Shown here: in pieces, positions 58,711 to 64,000 of the stretch
Numbering within the stretch: the first letter of the stretch is position 1
How the letters are laid out: each line of letters opens with the position of its first letter
Assembly: GCA_024644345.1 (NCBI GenBank)
Contig: JAHELE010000003.1
Location: 1,288 to 65,287 of the forward strand
DNA: 64,000 bases
Source: Actinomycetes bacterium
GTDB lineage: Bacteria; Actinomycetota; Actinomycetes; JAHEKZ01
Direction: 5' to 3'
Notes under the pieces: model-generated
What the model was told of the DNA's origin: nothing
The model's database searches: none
What the model saw: the letters and a program-made list of their open reading frames with translations, nothing else
Translations under genes and position numbers: made by a program

Positions 58711-59457
58711 TCAGCGGCAGAGGGTACGGGCGAACGCCGCCCCACGCTGCACGGATGCCGCGTGAAAGATCAGCCAGTGGGCCAGACCCTCCCGCGAGCC
58801 AACCGCGTAGGCGTCCAACGCCTCTCGATAGGCGTCAGTACCGAGCTCGAGAAGCCCCATCTCGGGAACGGTCAGTGCATCGGGATCGACACCCCGGGCC
58901 ACGAGCACCACACGGGACGCTGCCCGCGCCACCACATCATCAGCTGAGCCGAAGGGGCGCAGGGCCATCAGGTCCGCGTGGACGATTCCCGCGACCAGGA
59001 CACCAGGTGCCTCGGAAGACACGACCACGTCGGCCATCGTGGTGAGCCGCTCACTCACACCGGGCTCGGGCCGAGGACGCCCCAACTCGTCGTCGGACAC
59101 CTGGCCCGTCATGGCCACGGTGTGCAGCCTCGCCAGCGCCTGCAGCGGAGCCCTCCTCCATGTGTCGGCCAGTCCCCCGACCTCGGTGGCCACCTGAAGC
59201 GCTGCTTGCGCCTGGCGTCCAGGTTCGTCGTCGTCGAACGGCGGCGCGAACTCCTCCCACACGACGGCGACACCACTCAGCTGCGCCGATGCCCAGGCCG
59301 AACGCAGACGGGCGGCCGCGCGCACCTCGCCGCGTTGACGTCGCAGGGCCGGCTCGCGCAACAGGCCATCCATCGCGGCACGGGCGGCGTCGATGGCCTC
59401 CGCGACACCTGGCAGGGCCGCCAGCGGGGCCAGCGCGTCAGTGGTAGTCACGGGCAA
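58711..59457 (-). CDS. Hypothetical protein, possibly degenerate Fic/Doc-like
   Basis: 'IVHADLMALRPFGSADDVVARAASRVVLV' matches the Fic core HPFx[DE]GNGRxxR only at the P, F and second R positions. 32 nt upstream of the DUF559 gene, so probably co-transcribed. Confidence 0.35.
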   Translation of the reverse strand: MPVTTTDALAPLAALPGVAEAIDAARAAMDGLLREPALRRQRGEVRAAARLRSAWASAQLSGVAVVWEEFAPPFDDDEPGRQAQAALQVATEVGGLADTWRRAPLQALARLHTVAMTGQVSDDELGRPRPEPGVSERLTTMADVVVSSEAPGVLVAGIVHADLMALRPFGSADDVVARAASRVVLVARGVDPDALTVPEMGLLELGTDAYREALDAYAVGSREGLAHWLIFHAASVQRGAAFARTLCR

Positions 59458-59537
59458 AGACCTATCACCCCTCCCACAGCCCCGGTCGCTCGACTACGTT
59501 CTGACGTGATCCACCCAACGCCGAGGAGACCACCATC

Positions 59538-61511
<1,974 letters not shown>

Positions 61512-62903
61512 GTCTGGTCACCAGGACGCCACCCAGCACGAGCAGGACCAGCGCCATGCCAAACACCACTTCGCCGGTGACCCCATCGCGTAGAGCCGCC
61601 CATGCCGTGCGCGGGTCGTACCACGGTTGCTCAGGTGGCGTTGCCTTTCGGACTCCACCAGATGCGAGAACGTCAGCCGCTACCCGGCTCGTCAGGTAGT
61701 AGCGCGGGACGCCCGCTGCCCCGGCACGGACGATCACCTCGTGGGTGCCGGCAGCGGCGTCGTAAGCGACGAGCACACCGGGTCCATCCGCACCTGGACG
61801 GGCGGCACTCAACACGGGGGTGTTCGCGTCCCGCCAACCGATGATCCAGGTCTGATCCTCCGCATAGCTGCTGAGGTTGGAACTGAGAACCCGCTCCGAG
61901 GCTTCCAGGTCGTACACCTGCAGGTCCCACACACTTCCGTCTCCGAAGGCGCTGGGGGTGGGATCGACAAGCCCGGCCAAGAGGCGCCCATCTGGCGAAA
62001 GCGCCGCTCGGGAGAAGCCCAGAGGGAGCCCTGGGAGGGTCGCTAGTCGTGTGACTTCGTCTTGATCTGCGGCCGAGACGACAAGCCGACCGGACGGCGC
62101 CCCTGGCCCGTCGACGAGAACCAGCTTGCCGTCCGGTGTCCACCCCGCCAGCTCCCCAGCCAAGACAGCCTTTCGCGGCAACGCGATCACCGTGCCGGAT
62201 TCGGTGTCGACCACGAAACACCTCGCGCGTCCCGACGAGAGATCGCGGTCAGTGGGATCGATGACGTTCGCCAGCACAGCCACTTGACCCTCATTCGAAC
62301 CCCAGAGAAGGGAGTCGATGCTTCCGCCCGCGCCGTCATCCGGAAGCTCCACGACGCGGGTACTGCCGGTCGCCACGTCAACGAACTCCAGTCGTAGGTC
62401 GCCACTCCTGGCACCACCACGGCCTACAACGACAGTGGCGCCGTCAGGGGCAATATCTACGTTGTCATCGAACTCGAGATGTGCCGAAGCGGGCGTAAGC
62501 GCTCGGTACTCGTCGCCATCGGCGCCGATCGCCACCCACGATGTTGCTCCCTCGAGCAGCGGTCCGGCATACACGAGCGACGCGCGGTCGATCGGGGCCT
62601 GCTCCAGCGTCAGGATGTGCTCGCGCGACGGAAAGATCTGGTCCGGAAGAGAGCCAGGACCGGATGCCGGTGTCACGTCGACCGGGCGCAGCAGCTGCGC
62701 TGTGGCGACAACGAACAGCAGCAAGACGGCGGCAACCGCCATCGCTCCGACCGCCCAACGGCGACGCACTCGTCCGCTGGACATGGCCGACGGCGATCCG
62801 CCGCCAGTAGCGGTGTCGGCCATCCGTGCCAACCGCGCATCATCCACCTGGCCCATACCGGCCCTGGCGGTCTCGTGCAGTGCCTCCCGCAGAGTCGTCG
62901 AGT

Positions 62904-63434
62904 TCACGACCGCACCTCCTGCTCCTCATCAGCGGAGTCCCAGAGGTCTACCAACTCCGGCGAAACTTCACGCAGCTTCTTCAAAGCGCGGTGCGCCTGG
63001 GTCTTCACGGTCCCGATGCTGCATCCGAGTGCGTCCGCGGCTTGCCGCTCAGTCAGGTCGTCGTAGTACCGCAGCACCAACACGGCCCTCTGTTGCGGCG
63101 ACAGCTGCCGCAGGGCGGCGTCAAGCGTGATGCGACGGTCGACATCGGTAGTCTCATTCGACGAGGACCGCTCAGGAACATCAGCCATCGAGGACTCGGC
63201 GACCCGGCGGCGGCGCCACCACGACACGTTCTCGCGCACCATGGCCTGGCGCACGTAGGCCTCCGGGTTACCACCGCGAACGCGTGACCAGTGGCGAAAG
63301 GATTTCCCCAGCGCCGACTGCACGAGGTCTTCAGCAAGGTGGCGATCACCGGTGAGCAGGTACGCCGTCCGCAGCAGCGCAGCACCCCGCGCGACCACGA
63401 ACTCCTCGAAGTCTCCAACAGCAGACCCAGTCAC
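62904..63434 (-). CDS. ECF-family RNA polymerase sigma-70 factor
   Basis: Region 2 'LAEDLVQSALGKSFRHW' and region 4 HTH 'LTERQAADALGCSIGTVKTQAHRALKKLR'. Confidence 0.85.
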   Translation of the reverse strand: MTGSAVGDFEEFVVARGAALLRTAYLLTGDRHLAEDLVQSALGKSFRHWSRVRGGNPEAYVRQAMVRENVSWWRRRRVAESSMADVPERSSSNETTDVDRRITLDAALRQLSPQQRAVLVLRYYDDLTERQAADALGCSIGTVKTQAHRALKKLREVSPELVDLWDSADEEQEVRS

Positions 63435-63639
63435 TGGTTCACCTCCTCACCCATGAGAACGCTCTATGAACGGGGAAAGGTTGACACGGATGCTCACGTG
63501 GAGAACGCAAACGGCGCCGGAACACCCACTGCGTCCTCCACCACCGCCCGATAGGCTGGCCGTGGCGTGCCGGGAAGACGGGTCGGCGACTTGAGGTCTG
63601 CGCGCCTGCTGGCCCGGTCCAACTGTGCCTCGGAGGAAG

Positions 63640-64000
63640 AATGTCGACGCCGTCGCCACCACCTATTCGTCGCGTCCTCTTTGAGAAGCTGCCGATCGGT
63701 GAGCGGACCTTCGTCGCGGACGCGCTACGTCAAGAGACCGTCGGTGGCGCACTGCTGCTCGGGGCTGCCCTGGCCGGCCTGGTCATCGCCAACAGCGCCT
63801 GGAGCGATGGCTACCAGGACCTGAAGGACTTGGTCGTCGGGCCGGCGGCGCTGCACCTCGACCTGTCACTGGAGACCTGGGCAGCCGACGGACTGCTCGC
63901 CATCTTCTTCTTCGTCGCCGGCCTCGAGCTGAAGCGCGAACTGGTTGTCGGCACGCTGCGAGAGCGCTCTCAAGCTGTTCTCCCGGTGGTTGCGGCGGTC
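63640..64000 (+). CDS. nhaA: Na+/H+ antiporter NhaA (5' portion, runs off window)
   Basis: 'ALLLGAALAGLVIANS', 'LLAIFFFVAGLELKRE' canonical NhaA N-terminal helices. Confidence 0.8.

Noticed and set aside
58711-59457. Calling the 248-aa protein a bona fide Fic AMPylase
   Set aside because: The catalytic His and the GNG of HPFx[DE]GNGRxxR are absent. At most it is a degenerate Fic-like fold, so it is kept as a hypothetical with a low-confidence note.

Overview
High-GC (about 70%) actinobacterial chromosomal window. Gene order is syntenic with the Mycobacterium tuberculosis Rv3600–Rv3667 neighbourhood (folate operon–ftsH–hpt–tilS–dacB–ppa ... holB–tmk–topA ... helicase–Tad/Flp pilus–HAD–acs). 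Three lower-GC (about 52–55%) accessory segments interrupt this core.

Core genes, in order:
- P-type cation ATPase.
- YdbS/YdbT PH-domain membrane pair.
- Stand-alone NuoD paralog.
- folK–folB–(NTF2-like insert)–folP–folE–ftsH–hpt–tilS.
- Zn-metalloprotease–dacB, divergent from ppa.
- AIM24–holB–tmk–topA–SAM-MTase–H+-PPase run on the minus strand.
- MrfA-like helicase.
- Complete Tad/Flp pilus locus, including a 59-aa Flp pilin hidden inside a longer spurious ORF.
- HAD-IB hydrolase.
- AbiEi-DUF559 protein.
- acs.
- ECF sigma/anti-sigma pair.
- nhaA (5' part).

Accessory segments:
(i) 17.3–19.1 kb: beta-lactamase-like serine hydrolase co-operonic with an HMT-family methyltransferase.
(ii) 19–31 kb: catabolic cluster of sulfatase, amidohydrolase, GcvT-like aminomethyltransferase, ArcB-like OTCase, amidase, acyl-CoA ligase, Rieske oxygenase and DinB. 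The GcvT-like and Rieske genes share an identical operator-like motif about 25 nt upstream of their start codons.
(iii) 30.9–38.6 kb, ending at a tRNA-Thr(CGT): secreted protein plus LPXTG surface protein, M15 peptidase, PLC/AcpA phosphoesterase, an orphan TaqI-like N6-adenine DNA methyltransferase and a membrane protein with an internal duplication.

Non-coding candidates are a putative ~230-nt sRNA downstream of ppa and a complex repeat array at 5.9–6.07 kb. The sRNA candidate has a promoter-like element, four GGGCAAC repeats and a perfect bidirectional terminator hairpin. No CRISPR array, integrase or transposase was seen.
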